Below are positions 43,367 through 52,830 of a stretch of DNA of 64,000 nucleotides, one piece after another; the first letter of the stretch is position 1, and every line of letters begins with the position of its first letter. The stretch comes from Thermoplasmata archaeon (lineage in GTDB: Archaea; Thermoplasmatota; Thermoplasmata; Lutacidiplasmatales; UBA184): the NCBI GenBank assembly GCA_035272385.1, contig DATEQS010000007.1, positions 35,218 to 99,217 on the forward strand. Direction: 5' to 3'. The notes under the pieces are model-generated. The model was given only the letters and a program-made list of their open reading frames with translations. It did no database searches and was not told the origin of the DNA. A program made the translations under genes and the position numbers.

Positions 43367-44206
43367 ATGGCCGAAGGCGAGTGGGGGACCCCGGCTCCCG
43401 GTCGCGCTTCGGCACCGATGGGTCGCTACTTCCTCGGCGTCTTCGTCACGGTCTTCGCGATCCTGAGCCAGTACTTCGTTCCGCAGGAGATTCCGGCGGC
43501 CAACGTCCTGTACGGGAACCTTCCGGGCGACCTGTTCGTGGTCTACGGTGTGCCGATCCTCACCTTCTCTCTCCTCGTCGGAGGGGGTCCCCTGCGGGAC
43601 TGGAACCGCCGCATGGGGCTCGCCACCTGGCACGGTCTTCGGTTCTACGGACTGCTCACGATCCTCGCGCTCCTCGTGATCTTCGTCCTCACGATCGTCT
43701 ACGAGATCGTCGACCCGGCCGCGCTCCAGTTGCTGAACCGGCCGAACCCCGCGCTCCAGCAGGCGACGGGAAACCCCTGGTTCTTCGTCGGGTTCTCGTT
43801 CGTCATCGGCGCGTTCGAGGAGACGATCTTCCGAGGGTTCATGTTCGGCTACTGGCGCGACCGCTCGGGTCCCTGGATGGTGCCCGCGGTCTGGACGAGC
43901 GTCGTCTTCGCGGGCGTCCACCTGTACTACGGGACGACGTACGGGGCCGCGGCCCCTCTCATCTTCCCGGGCTTGTTCCTTCTCGGGTTCGCGTTCGCGG
44001 CGACGTATCGGTTCTCGGGAGGCAACCTGGTGGTGCCCGCCGTTCTCCATGGGGCACACGACGCGGCCGCGTTCCTCACCCTCGTTTCCCTTGCCTGGGG
44101 CCTCATCGCGCTCTACTCCGTCGTGCTCGTCGGCGCGCTGATCGGTCTCATCCACTACCTACGGAACGATTCGACCGTGCCCTACTCTCCCCCGTCAGCA
44201 TCATGA
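43367..44206 (+). CDS. CPBP family intramembrane glutamic endopeptidase (CAAX protease/Abi-like)
   Basis: EETIFRGF motif and later FAGVHL and HGAHDAA motifs; polytopic. Confidence 0.75.
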   Translation: MAEGEWGTPAPGRASAPMGRYFLGVFVTVFAILSQYFVPQEIPAANVLYGNLPGDLFVVYGVPILTFSLLVGGGPLRDWNRRMGLATWHGLRFYGLLTILALLVIFVLTIVYEIVDPAALQLLNRPNPALQQATGNPWFFVGFSFVIGAFEETIFRGFMFGYWRDRSGPWMVPAVWTSVVFAGVHLYYGTTYGAAAPLIFPGLFLLGFAFAATYRFSGGNLVVPAVLHGAHDAAAFLTLVSLAWGLIALYSVVLVGALIGLIHYLRNDSTVPYSPPSAS

Positions 44207-44664
44207 ACGAGACCCGTGTCCCCTCTTCGATGGACGTCACCGACCCCGAGCTCCGCGAGGTCCTCGGGCGCGCGAAGACGATCGCGGTCGTGGGGCTCTC
44301 CGACAAACCCGAACGGGACTCGAACGAGGTCGCGCGCTATCTCCAGTCGCAGGGCTACCGAATCGTACCCGTGAATCCGATGCTCACCGAGGTCCTCGGC
44401 GAGAAGTCGTACCCCGCCCTCGCGGCGATCCCGGCCGAGGTGCGGGTCGACATCGTGGATGTCTTCCGCCGAAGCGACCAGGTCCCTCCCGTCGTGGACG
44501 AAGCGATCCAGCGGGGCGACCAGGTCGTCTGGATGCAGCTTGGGGTCGAGAACGCGGAGGCCGCCGCCAAGGCGCGGGCCGCGGGCCTGACGGTCTTCGA
44601 GAACCTCTGCATCATGGTCCAGCACCGCCGACTTCGCGCTTCGCTGCCGTCGCGCCCGACCTAA
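44203..44664 (+). CDS. CoA-binding domain protein (YccU/YneT-like)
   Basis: TIAVVGLSDKPERDSNEVARYLQSQGYRIVPVNP pattern. ATGA overlap with the CPBP gene. Confidence 0.8.
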   Translation: MNETRVPSSMDVTDPELREVLGRAKTIAVVGLSDKPERDSNEVARYLQSQGYRIVPVNPMLTEVLGEKSYPALAAIPAEVRVDIVDVFRRSDQVPPVVDEAIQRGDQVVWMQLGVENAEAAAKARAAGLTVFENLCIMVQHRRLRASLPSRPT

Positions 44665-44672
44665 GGGGATTC

Positions 44673-45485
44673 ATGGCAGCGGCCTCTTCTCCTCCGGCAT
44701 CCGCACCCCTCCCTCCCTCGCCTCCGACTCCGCCCGTTGCCGTTTCCCCGCGCTCCCGCGCCGGGGAGATCCGGGACCAGGGCACGATCCGTCGGGATTC
44801 CGTGGACGCCTCGCGGTGGACCGCCCGCGGGACGGTCAAGGTGACCGGGGACGTCAACGTCGGGCAGGCGGTGCTCGAAGGCAACGTCTCCATCGGAGGG
44901 AAGCTCACGGCCGGCGCGTTCCGTTCCCACGGCGCGCTCGAGGTCGAGGGCCCGGTCGAGGTGACGGGCGCGTTCGCCGGTTCCGGTCAACTCCGAGCGG
45001 CTCTCACACTGCATGCCGGGGAAGCCGACCTGCGAGGGGCCTCGCACGTGCTCGGCGCGGTCTCCGTCGACCAGACCCTGACGGTGCGCGGCAACCTGAG
45101 CGCGCCGTCGCTCGCCTTCGGGGTTCTCCTGCTCCAGGGAGCGGCCGAGGTTCCGGGAGACCTCGTCGGACGGTCCGTCTCCGCGCACTTCACCAACCCT
45201 TCCTCGTTGGGGACGGTTCGGGCCTCGACGGTGAGCCTGCGCGCCAAGGTCCCGAACCTCGTCGAGAAGGTCCTCGGGCGGCAAATGGCCGTGACCGTCC
45301 GCCGGGTCGAGGCCGACACGGTCGAGCTCGAAGGGGTCGACGTGAAGTTCGTCCGGTCCCCCGAGATCTCGCTCGGCCGAGAGGCGCACGTCACGGAGTA
45401 CGAGGGGACGATCGTACGACGCCATCCCTCGAGCCGGGTAGGGTTCGAATCGCGGAGCCCGCGGCCGTACGGCCTGAGCCGCTAG
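44673..45485 (+). CDS. Bactofilin-like (polymer-forming cytoskeletal, DUF583) beta-helix protein with a Pro/Ser/Ala-rich N-terminus
   Basis: Repetitive G-x-(V/L)-x-(V/I) beta-helix pattern: GTVKVTGDVNVGQAVLEGNVSIGGKLTAGAF...GALEVEGPVEVTG... Confidence 0.5.
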   Translation: MAAASSPPASAPLPPSPPTPPVAVSPRSRAGEIRDQGTIRRDSVDASRWTARGTVKVTGDVNVGQAVLEGNVSIGGKLTAGAFRSHGALEVEGPVEVTGAFAGSGQLRAALTLHAGEADLRGASHVLGAVSVDQTLTVRGNLSAPSLAFGVLLLQGAAEVPGDLVGRSVSAHFTNPSSLGTVRASTVSLRAKVPNLVEKVLGRQMAVTVRRVEADTVELEGVDVKFVRSPEISLGREAHVTEYEGTIVRRHPSSRVGFESRSPRPYGLSR

Positions 45486-45536
45486 CCCGCGCCGGGTCGC
45501 TCGCCTTTATCTTTCCCGGCCTCGTCGCGGCCGCCC

Positions 45537-48500
45537 ATGACGGTCGGTGAGGAATCCTCGGAGGCACCGTCCCCGCTCACGGTGCAGGCCCGGGTCCTCT
45601 CGTTCTGGGAGACGACGGGAGTCCCCCAGTCGGTGCTCGCCGGCCGACCCGACGGACCGACGTTCCGCTTCACCGAAGGGCCGCCCACGGCGAACGGGGC
45701 CCCGCACCTCGGCCATCTCGTCGCTCGGGTGCTCAAGGACGCCGAGCTCCGGTACCGACGGATGCGCGGGATGCGCATCGTAAGCCCGATGGCCGGCTGG
45801 GACTGCCACGGGCTTCCCGTGGAGCTAGAGATTGAGAAGCGTCACGGCCTCAAGTCGAAGAAGGAGATCGAGGCGTACGGGGTCGAGCGGTTCTGCGAAG
45901 AATGCCGGACCGGAACCCTCGAGGTCGCGTCGGTCTGGCAGGAGATGAGCCGTCGGCTCGGCTACTGGCTCGACTACGAGCACGCCTACCGGACGATGGA
46001 CCCGCCGTACGTGGAGAGCGTGTGGTGGTCGCTGAAGACGCTCTTCGAACGCGGTCTGCTCGAGAAGGGCCACTACGTTCTCCCGTACTGTCCTCGGTGC
46101 GAAACGCCGCTCTCCTCACACGAGGTCGCCCAGGGGTACCACGAGACGACGGACCCCTCGCTCACGGTCCGCTTCCCCCTCGAGGGTTGCTCCGGGGAGC
46201 CGCGGGAGCTCCTGGTGTGGACGACCACACCGTGGACCCTGCCGGCGAATTTGCTCGTGGCCGCCCGAGCCGACCTCGAGTACTCGGTGGTGAAGACGGG
46301 CGACGGCCGGAACGTGGTGCTCGCCTCCGCCGCCGTTCCCCGCTACTTCCCCGACGGCGCGAACGTCGTCGAGCGTCTTTCCGGTACCGCCCTCGCCGGT
46401 CGAACCTACCAACCGCCGTTCGATACCCCCGGACCCGGGCCCGGCCGCTACCGGATTGTCCTCGACGACTTCGTGACGACCGAGGAAGGCACCGGTCTCG
46501 TCCACATCGCTCCGAGCTTCGGACCGGATGACCTTCGGCTCGGAGCGCGCGAGAACGTGGGGGTGTTCGACCCGCTCGATAGCCGGGGGGCGTTCACCGA
46601 CGCGGTCCCGCTCGTCCGAGGGAAGTCGTTCAAGGTCGCCGACCCGATCCTGCTGAAGGACCTCGAGGCCCGGGGCCGGCTCTACGGCCACACGACCCTC
46701 CGCCACACGTACCCGTTCTGCTGGCGATGCGACTCCGCCCTCCTCTACCGGGCGATCGATTCCTGGTTCGTGCGCACCTCGCGCGCGACCGACCGACTGG
46801 TCCGCTACAACGCGACCGTCCAGTGGGTGCCGGCGTACCTTCGGGAAGGTCGATTCGGGAACTTCCTGACGGAGGCCAAGGACTGGGCGCTCTCCCGGAG
46901 CCGATACTGGGGGACGCCGCTCCCGATCTGGCTCTGCTCCGCGGGTCACGCGACCTGCGTCGGGAGCTTTTCGGAGCTCGAGAAGCTCGTGGGAAGTCCT
47001 CTCCCGGAACCGTTCGACCCGCATCGAGTGACGGTCGACCTTCTCCGGGTGCGGTGCTCGACGTGCGGGGGAGAGACCCGACGGGAACCGTACACCATCG
47101 ACGCGTGGTACGACAGCGGTTCGGCCCCGTTCGCGCAGTTCCACTACCCGTTCGAGCCCGGACCGTTCGACCCGAAGGCCCCGCTCGATTACATCGCCGA
47201 GGGCCTCGACCAGACCCGGGGCTGGTTCTACTCTCTCCTCGTCATCGCGACGCTCCTGTTCGACCGGCCGGCCTACAAGACGTGCCTCACGACCGGCCTC
47301 CTGCTCGACGAGGGGGGCCGGAAGATGTCGAAATCCAAGGGCAACGCGCTCGAACCGATGTCCCTGCTCGAGCGCTACGGCGCCGACGCGCTACGCTGGA
47401 CGTTCCTATCGTTCGATTACACGGAGGCGATGCGGGGCGATGAGAACACGATCCGCAAGACGTCCGCGCGCACGCTCGGAACGCTCGGGAACGTCGCGGC
47501 GTTCCATCTCGGCAACGCCCGGGCCGACGGGCTCGCGCCGGTCGCGGAGCGACCCTCGCCCTCGGGCCTCCTCGACCGCTGGCTCCTCTCCCGGCTCGAA
47601 GCGACCCGGTTCGAGGTCGAACGGGCGCTCGAGAACTACGACCTCGGAAGCGGAGCCCGCGCCGTCGGGACGTTCGTTGACGACCTCTCGACCTGGTACC
47701 TGCGACGTTCGCGGCCCCGATTCTGGGCCGATGCGGCCTCGGCCGACCGGAAGGCGGCCCATGCGACCCTCTCCTACACACTGGTCGGTCTCGCCCGGAC
47801 GGTCGCGCCGCTGCTTCCGTACACGGCCGAGTGGCTCTACCAGGAGGTCGGCGAGCACGCCTACCGGGAACGGGATCTTTCGGTGCACCGAACGGAGTGG
47901 CCGCGGTCGCTCGCGACCCGAGACGAACCTCTCGAGCTCGCGATGGGCGAGCTGCGCGCCGTGGTGGAAATGGGCCGCGAGCTCCGACACCGTGCGGGCG
48001 TGAAGTCCCGGATCCCGCTCGCGGAGCTCGTGCTCTTCGGAGATCCCTCGCCCGCCCTCGTCGCGCTGGGCACGGCCGGGGTCGAACTTCTCGCGGAAGA
48101 GCTCAACGTGAAGGGCGTACGCCGGGTTCCCGCCGGCGATCGAGCGAGCTTCCCCGACTCCGACTGGGTCGTCCGGGAGGACGGGGGAAAGTGGGTGGCC
48201 GCGCTGCCGCGTCGGCCGACCGAAGAGCTGGCCGCAGAAGGTTGGGCGCGAGAGGTCGCCCGACGCCTTCAGCAATCCCGAAAGGAACTCGGCCTGAAGT
48301 ACACGGAGAAGGTCGCGATCACCGTCGCCGCCACCGGGGTACTCTACCGCGCGCTGGAAGCCCGACGGACGGCCTTGGCCCACGACCTTCTCGCCGAACC
48401 GTTCGAACTGGTCGAGACCCCGCTCCCCGTGGGCCCGGAGGTCCGGGAATGGGACCTCGATGGGGTCACGTTCTCGGCGCGGGTGATCCGTCGACCGTAG
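45537..48500 (+). CDS. ileS: Isoleucine--tRNA ligase
   Basis: HIGH-type motif PTANGAPHLGH, KMSKS motif, and DWALSRSRYWGTPLPIW. Confidence 0.9.
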   Translation: MTVGEESSEAPSPLTVQARVLSFWETTGVPQSVLAGRPDGPTFRFTEGPPTANGAPHLGHLVARVLKDAELRYRRMRGMRIVSPMAGWDCHGLPVELEIEKRHGLKSKKEIEAYGVERFCEECRTGTLEVASVWQEMSRRLGYWLDYEHAYRTMDPPYVESVWWSLKTLFERGLLEKGHYVLPYCPRCETPLSSHEVAQGYHETTDPSLTVRFPLEGCSGEPRELLVWTTTPWTLPANLLVAARADLEYSVVKTGDGRNVVLASAAVPRYFPDGANVVERLSGTALAGRTYQPPFDTPGPGPGRYRIVLDDFVTTEEGTGLVHIAPSFGPDDLRLGARENVGVFDPLDSRGAFTDAVPLVRGKSFKVADPILLKDLEARGRLYGHTTLRHTYPFCWRCDSALLYRAIDSWFVRTSRATDRLVRYNATVQWVPAYLREGRFGNFLTEAKDWALSRSRYWGTPLPIWLCSAGHATCVGSFSELEKLVGSPLPEPFDPHRVTVDLLRVRCSTCGGETRREPYTIDAWYDSGSAPFAQFHYPFEPGPFDPKAPLDYIAEGLDQTRGWFYSLLVIATLLFDRPAYKTCLTTGLLLDEGGRKMSKSKGNALEPMSLLERYGADALRWTFLSFDYTEAMRGDENTIRKTSARTLGTLGNVAAFHLGNARADGLAPVAERPSPSGLLDRWLLSRLEATRFEVERALENYDLGSGARAVGTFVDDLSTWYLRRSRPRFWADAASADRKAAHATLSYTLVGLARTVAPLLPYTAEWLYQEVGEHAYRERDLSVHRTEWPRSLATRDEPLELAMGELRAVVEMGRELRHRAGVKSRIPLAELVLFGDPSPALVALGTAGVELLAEELNVKGVRRVPAGDRASFPDSDWVVREDGGKWVAALPRRPTEELAAEGWAREVARRLQQSRKELGLKYTEKVAITVAATGVLYRALEARRTALAHDLLAEPFELVETPLPVGPEVREWDLDGVTFSARVIRRP

Positions 48501-49176
48501 GCGTCTCGAGAACCGCTCGGACCACGTCCCCGCCGGGGGCGACCTCCCGGAAGATCTCGGCCTCGAACCGTCGCACTTTGACGCGCGGGTCCCGCCAGGC
48601 GTGGGCGGGTAGACCGGCCTTCTCGCAAGTTCCCTCGAGCAGCTCTTCCGCCGACCAACCCTGCTCCGGAGCGACCTGCGGCAGGAGCAGACCGCTCGAC
48701 CCGAGGCCCTCGACGATCAATCCGTCCCTCCCGACTATCACCGCGTGAATCGCCTCTTCCGGCGTCGTGAAACGAAGGGGGACGGGAACCGTCAGCACCG
48801 AGACCTCGATCGTGATGCGAGGGAGCTCGAGAACCCGCACCGGCCGGAACCGGAAGTCCTCGACGGCCGCCGAGACCGCCGCCCGAGCGATCGCGGTGCC
48901 GAGAGGGAGGACGGGGAGAGGATACCCGATGCAGCCCCGGAGCGCGTCGTCTGGGTATCGTTTCAAGGTCACGAAGGCTCCCCGGGGTTCGTCGAAGACG
49001 GGCGGTAGGTCCACGCTTGTGGCCTCCTTCGCGGGGTCCCGGCTCCGAGGAGCGCTCAGCACATCCTCCACCGCTCGACGGGCCAGCCGGACGGCGGCCA
49101 CACCCTCCTCGATCGAGAGCACAAGGGCGAAAGCGCGAGCCTCGCGGAAAGCCTCTTCGCCAGCCGCGGCGCTCAC
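48466..49176 (-). CDS. AMMECR1 domain protein
   Basis: GAFVTLKRY...LRGCIGYP signature. Convergent 35-nt overlap with the ileS 3' end. Confidence 0.8.
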   Translation of the reverse strand: MSAAAGEEAFREARAFALVLSIEEGVAAVRLARRAVEDVLSAPRSRDPAKEATSVDLPPVFDEPRGAFVTLKRYPDDALRGCIGYPLPVLPLGTAIARAAVSAAVEDFRFRPVRVLELPRITIEVSVLTVPVPLRFTTPEEAIHAVIVGRDGLIVEGLGSSGLLLPQVAPEQGWSAEELLEGTCEKAGLPAHAWRDPRVKVRRFEAEIFREVAPGGDVVRAVLETPTVDGSPAPRT

Positions 49177-49213
49177 GATTTATAGCCGAGGTCGCGTCAG
49201 CGGCCTCCTCTCC

Positions 49214-49366
49214 ATGCCGTTTCCCGAGGCGGTCGAGCGCCTGCTCAACAAGAAGATCTGCATGAACTGCTCGGCCCGGAACCCGCCGAAGGCCGTCCAG
49301 TGCCGTCGGTGCGGCTACAAGGGCCTCCGCGTGAAGTCGCGGGAGCGCTCGGGGAAGACGCAATAG
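49214..49366 (+). CDS. rpl40e: 50S ribosomal protein L40e
   Basis: 50 aa: [44 protein letters not shown]. Hidden at the C-terminus of a longer track ORF. Confidence 0.85.
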   Translation: MPFPEAVERLLNKKICMNCSARNPPKAVQCRRCGYKGLRVKSRERSGKTQ

Positions 49367-49380
49367 TCCCGAGGGCCCGC

Positions 49381-50172
49381 CTACGGCGCGGCCCGGCCTT
49401 TCTCGCTGTTCGCGAGCGCCACGGGCGCCGCGTTCCGCGCCTCGCGGGCGAGCGCGAAACGCTTGCGCGCGAGGAACAGCAGATTACGACTCCCGTCCCG
49501 CCAGCTCGACAGCTTCGGGGGTCCCCAGCGTTCCCGGTACTGGATGGGGACCTCGAGGATGCGCACGCCGCGCAGGATCGCCTCGATCTTCAGCTCCTCG
49601 CTGAACGCCATCCCGTCCTGCGTGAGGTGGAACTTCGCGAGAGCCTCCCGCCGCAGGACCCAGAAGCCGCTCTGGCTGTCCTGGAGGTTGCGTCCGGGGA
49701 CGTCCTTCAGGTATCGATGGTAGGCGACCCCGAGAAAGAGGTTCAGGACCTGGTTCCCGATCCGGTGCTCGGTCGTCATCGACTTACGGTCGAGGTAAGC
49801 GAAGCGGTTCCCCGTGAGGAAATCGAGCTGCTCATCGAGGAGCTTTTTGACGAGCCCGGGAATGGTCTCCACGGGGTAGGTCGCGTCCCCGTCCGAGGTC
49901 GCCAGCACCTCCCCGCGGGCCGCGGCGAACCCGGTCTTGTACGCTCGCCCGTAGCCCGGGCGACGCTCGATGAGAACCCGCGCACCCTCGGCCTCCGCGA
50001 TCGCCGCGGTCCCGTCCTCGGACGCTCCGTCGACGACGAGGATCTCCCACTCCACCGGCTGGCTCCGAAAGATCGTCTCGTTCGCCTCGACGGCCGCGGA
50101 ACGGAAGAGACGCAGCACGTGCGCGATGGACGGCGCTTCGTTGAGGGTAGGGAGGACAAAGGTCGCGCGCAT
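49381..50172 (-). CDS. Glycosyltransferase family 2 (dolichyl-phosphate mannose/glucose synthase-like)
   Basis: From ATG 50172: MRATFVLPTLNEAPSI...ILVVDGASEDGT...SDGDATYP. Confidence 0.8.
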   Translation of the reverse strand: MRATFVLPTLNEAPSIAHVLRLFRSAAVEANETIFRSQPVEWEILVVDGASEDGTAAIAEAEGARVLIERRPGYGRAYKTGFAAARGEVLATSDGDATYPVETIPGLVKKLLDEQLDFLTGNRFAYLDRKSMTTEHRIGNQVLNLFLGVAYHRYLKDVPGRNLQDSQSGFWVLRREALAKFHLTQDGMAFSEELKIEAILRGVRILEVPIQYRERWGPPKLSSWRDGSRNLLFLARKRFALAREARNAAPVALANSEKGRAAP

Positions 50173-50677
50173 GAGAGGAGAGCATAGGAGTGCCCGGTCG
50201 CTTAAAGTTCCTTTCGGCGTCCCCGGAACCACGAAGGCGCACGGCACTCCCGGAAAGCGCTCCCGCCGATGGGGAAGCTTCCCGACCACCGCCGACGTCG
50301 GCATCTGGGCGAGCGGAGACTCCGCGGCCGCCCTCTTCGAGGCGCTGGGGCTGGGCCTCTACTCCCTCATGACCGACCTACGGAAGGTCCGCCGGACCGA
50401 AGAGCGGGCGGTGAGCGCGTCGGGCGAGGACCCCACGGGGCTCGTGGTCGCGTTCCTGACGGAGCTCCTCAACCTAGAGCAGACGGAGCAGTTCATCGGA
50501 CGCGACATCCGGGCGCAGCCGGTCGGGAACCCCCCGACCGCGATCGTCGCGAGCGTCTCGGGGGAGCGGTTCGACCCCGAGCGCCACACGTCCCGGACCG
50601 AGGTGAAGGCGGTGACCTTCCACGACCTCGTCTTCGACCCGGCCCACGGCCGGGCCCGCGTAATCGTCGATATCTAG
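50171..50677 (+). CDS. Archease (start unresolved; conserved core begins ~50270)
   Basis: WGSFPTTADVGIWASGDSAAALFE...VKAVTFHDL... is archease. The only in-frame canonical start (50171) overlaps the divergent GT2 start codon. See the archease finding on a possible G-run frameshift. Confidence 0.65.
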   Translation: MRGEHRSARSLKVPFGVPGTTKAHGTPGKRSRRWGSFPTTADVGIWASGDSAAALFEALGLGLYSLMTDLRKVRRTEERAVSASGEDPTGLVVAFLTELLNLEQTEQFIGRDIRAQPVGNPPTAIVASVSGERFDPERHTSRTEVKAVTFHDLVFDPAHGRARVIVDI

Positions 50678-50696
50678 GCGACTCGGGTCCTCGCGG

Positions 50697-51833
50697 TTAG
50701 GGCATCCGCTCGACGACCTCGCGCAGCGCGGCCCCCGGGGTCGGGAGTTGTCCCGCCTTGCCCAAGATCCGCTCGATCGCCGCGAACGTGACGAGCAGGT
50801 CCGGCCAATCCGCGATCCCCATGTGACCGATCCGGAAGATCTTGCCGACGAGCGCGCCCTGTCCTCCCTGGACAAGGATATTGTACTGCTTCTCGAGCAC
50901 TTTTCGGAACTCGGGGTCGCCCATCCCGGCGGGGTTCTTCACCGCCGTGACCGTGTCGGAGGCATGCCGTCGATCCGGGTAGAGCTCGAGGCGAAGCGCA
51001 TCGACCGCGGCGCGGGACGCCTCGGCGAGACGATGGGTCTTCTGGAGCCGGGTCTCGAGCCCCTCCTCCTTGAGGAGAAGGAGCGCTTCGCGCAGCGCGA
51101 GGAAGAGCGGCACCGCGGGGGTCCACGGCGTGTCGTTCTTTTCGAGCGATTTGAGGTGCGCGGCGAGGTCGAGGTAGAACGACCCCGGGTGGAGCGCCGC
51201 GACCGCCCGGTCGGACAGGTGCACGAGGGCGAGCCCGGGGGGCGCCGCGAGTCCCTTCTGGCTGCCCGCGACGACGGCGTCGATCCCCCACTCGTCGATG
51301 GGCATCGGGATCCCGGCGACCGCGCTGATCCCGTCCACGAGGAAGAGAGCGCCCGAAGCGCGGATGGCCGGCGCGAGCGACCTTAGGTCGTTCGCCATCC
51401 CGACACTCGTCTCGTTGTGCACGACGCAGACCGCGCGAACGTCCCCCTTCGCGAGCTCGGTGTTGATCGAATCGATGGAGATCGGCTGGCCCCACGGGGC
51501 GGAGAGCGTGGTGACCGAGCTCGAATACCTTCGGACGATCTGGTCGGTCCGCTCCCCGAAGTTCCCGTTCGTCAGCACGAGCGTGCGCCCGTCCTTGGGA
51601 ACGAGCGAGGAGTAGACCGCCTCGAGGCCAGCGGTGCCGCTGCCCGACAGGATTAGCTGGTGACCCTTCGCGGCGAACAGCACCGGCAAGAGCTCGCGGA
51701 TCTCGGCGACGATCCCGTGAAAGTAGTCCCCCCGATGGTTGAGGGAGGGCATCGACATCGCGCGCAGGACCCGCGGGTGGATCCGAACCGGACCGGCGAT
51801 GAGGAACGTCGTCGTCTCGGGGTCGAACGTCAT
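50697..51833 (-). CDS. Class V aminotransferase (serine-glyoxylate / archaeal phosphoserine aminotransferase type)
   Basis: 378 aa, AGT-like. The SQKGL motif holds the PLP lysine. Coupled (ATGA) to the upstream dehydrogenase gene. Confidence 0.8.
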   Translation of the reverse strand: MTFDPETTTFLIAGPVRIHPRVLRAMSMPSLNHRGDYFHGIVAEIRELLPVLFAAKGHQLILSGSGTAGLEAVYSSLVPKDGRTLVLTNGNFGERTDQIVRRYSSSVTTLSAPWGQPISIDSINTELAKGDVRAVCVVHNETSVGMANDLRSLAPAIRASGALFLVDGISAVAGIPMPIDEWGIDAVVAGSQKGLAAPPGLALVHLSDRAVAALHPGSFYLDLAAHLKSLEKNDTPWTPAVPLFLALREALLLLKEEGLETRLQKTHRLAEASRAAVDALRLELYPDRRHASDTVTAVKNPAGMGDPEFRKVLEKQYNILVQGGQGALVGKIFRIGHMGIADWPDLLVTFAAIERILGKAGQLPTPGAALREVVERMP

Positions 51834-52780
51834 CGGGCACCTCCCGGGGCGGCGACGAGCGCCGTCAGGGGCTCCCCGCGCAGGGCTCGGAGCACCTCGT
51901 CCACGGTGTCGATGCCGGCGCGCTGCTGGGCCTCGTGCGTGGAAGCGCCGAGGTGGGGAGTCGGGATCACGTTCGGGTGCGCCAGGAGTTCTCGGTTCAT
52001 CGGAGGTTCCACCTCAAAGACGTCGAGCGCGGCCCCGCCGAGCTGACCCGAGGCGAGGGCGGGAAGCAGGGCGGCCTCGTCGACGAGGGCGCCGCGCGCG
52101 ACATTCACGAGGAAGGCTCCGGGCTTCATTCGCGCGAACGCCCGGGCGTCCAGGAGGTGGTGGTTCTCGGCCGTCAGCGCCGCATGGACGCTCACGATAT
52201 CCGCGATGGGGAGGAGCTGCTCGAGCGGAACGATCTCGGTGGCGTCCACCGCCTTGCGGACGAACGGGTCGAACGCCACGGTCCGTACCCCGAACGGCGT
52301 CACGCGGCGCGCGACCTCGCGCGCGATCCGGCCGTACCCGACGAACCCCACCGTTCGGCCGGAGAGTTCGTGACCGTGCGTTCCCCGCTCCCACTTGCCG
52401 GCCTTGACGGCGGAGATCGAGGGATAGAGGCCTCGCGCGAGGAGCAGGTAGAGGGCGACCGTCAGCTCCGCCACGCTCGTCGTGGCGGCCGCCGGGGCGT
52501 TGACCACTCGGATCCCCCGTGCCGAGGTCGCGGCGAGGTCGACGTTGTCGACCCCGACGCCCGCACGGGCCACGAGCTCGAGGCGGGGAGCCTTCGCGAG
52601 GAGGTCGGCGGTCACCTTCGTTCGGCTGCGCACGATGAGACCCCAGGCTTCCGCGAGGTGGCCGGGCAAGGAGGAGGGGTCCGCGCTCGCGTCGACCATT
52701 CGGCAGGGGCCGGCCCCGAGCCGGCCGAGGGCCTCCGGGTCGATCGGGTCCGCGACGACGACCAGCCGCTGCGTCGGCAT
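51830..52780 (-). CDS. serA: D-3-phosphoglycerate dehydrogenase-like D-isomer 2-hydroxyacid dehydrogenase (short form, no ACT domain)
   Basis: GFVGYGRIAREVARR NAD motif and catalytic-region pattern (NVARG...PHLGAST). ATG at 52780 chosen. Confidence 0.75.
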   Translation of the reverse strand: MPTQRLVVVADPIDPEALGRLGAGPCRMVDASADPSSLPGHLAEAWGLIVRSRTKVTADLLAKAPRLELVARAGVGVDNVDLAATSARGIRVVNAPAAATTSVAELTVALYLLLARGLYPSISAVKAGKWERGTHGHELSGRTVGFVGYGRIAREVARRVTPFGVRTVAFDPFVRKAVDATEIVPLEQLLPIADIVSVHAALTAENHHLLDARAFARMKPGAFLVNVARGALVDEAALLPALASGQLGGAALDVFEVEPPMNRELLAHPNVIPTPHLGASTHEAQQRAGIDTVDEVLRALRGEPLTALVAAPGGAR

Positions 52781-52830
52781 CGCGCGACCGACCGGGGTCG
52801 CGCTGAAAACCCTTTGCGCTCCCCCCAAGG

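Noticed and set aside
48466-48500. Convergent 3'-end overlaps: ileS/AMMECR1 (35 nt), pirin/lysK (32 nt), and the 4-nt CTAG stop overlap at 9484-9487.
   Set aside because: Such overlaps are common in compact high-GC archaeal genomes. Nothing suggests antisense regulation beyond simple overlap.
50269-50700. 143-aa ORF starting at ATG 50269 (MGKLPDHRRRRHLGE...).
   Set aside because: It is the +1 frame of the archease gene and has Arg-rich nonsense composition. Its ATG matters only as the probable true archease start if the G4 run contains an indel.
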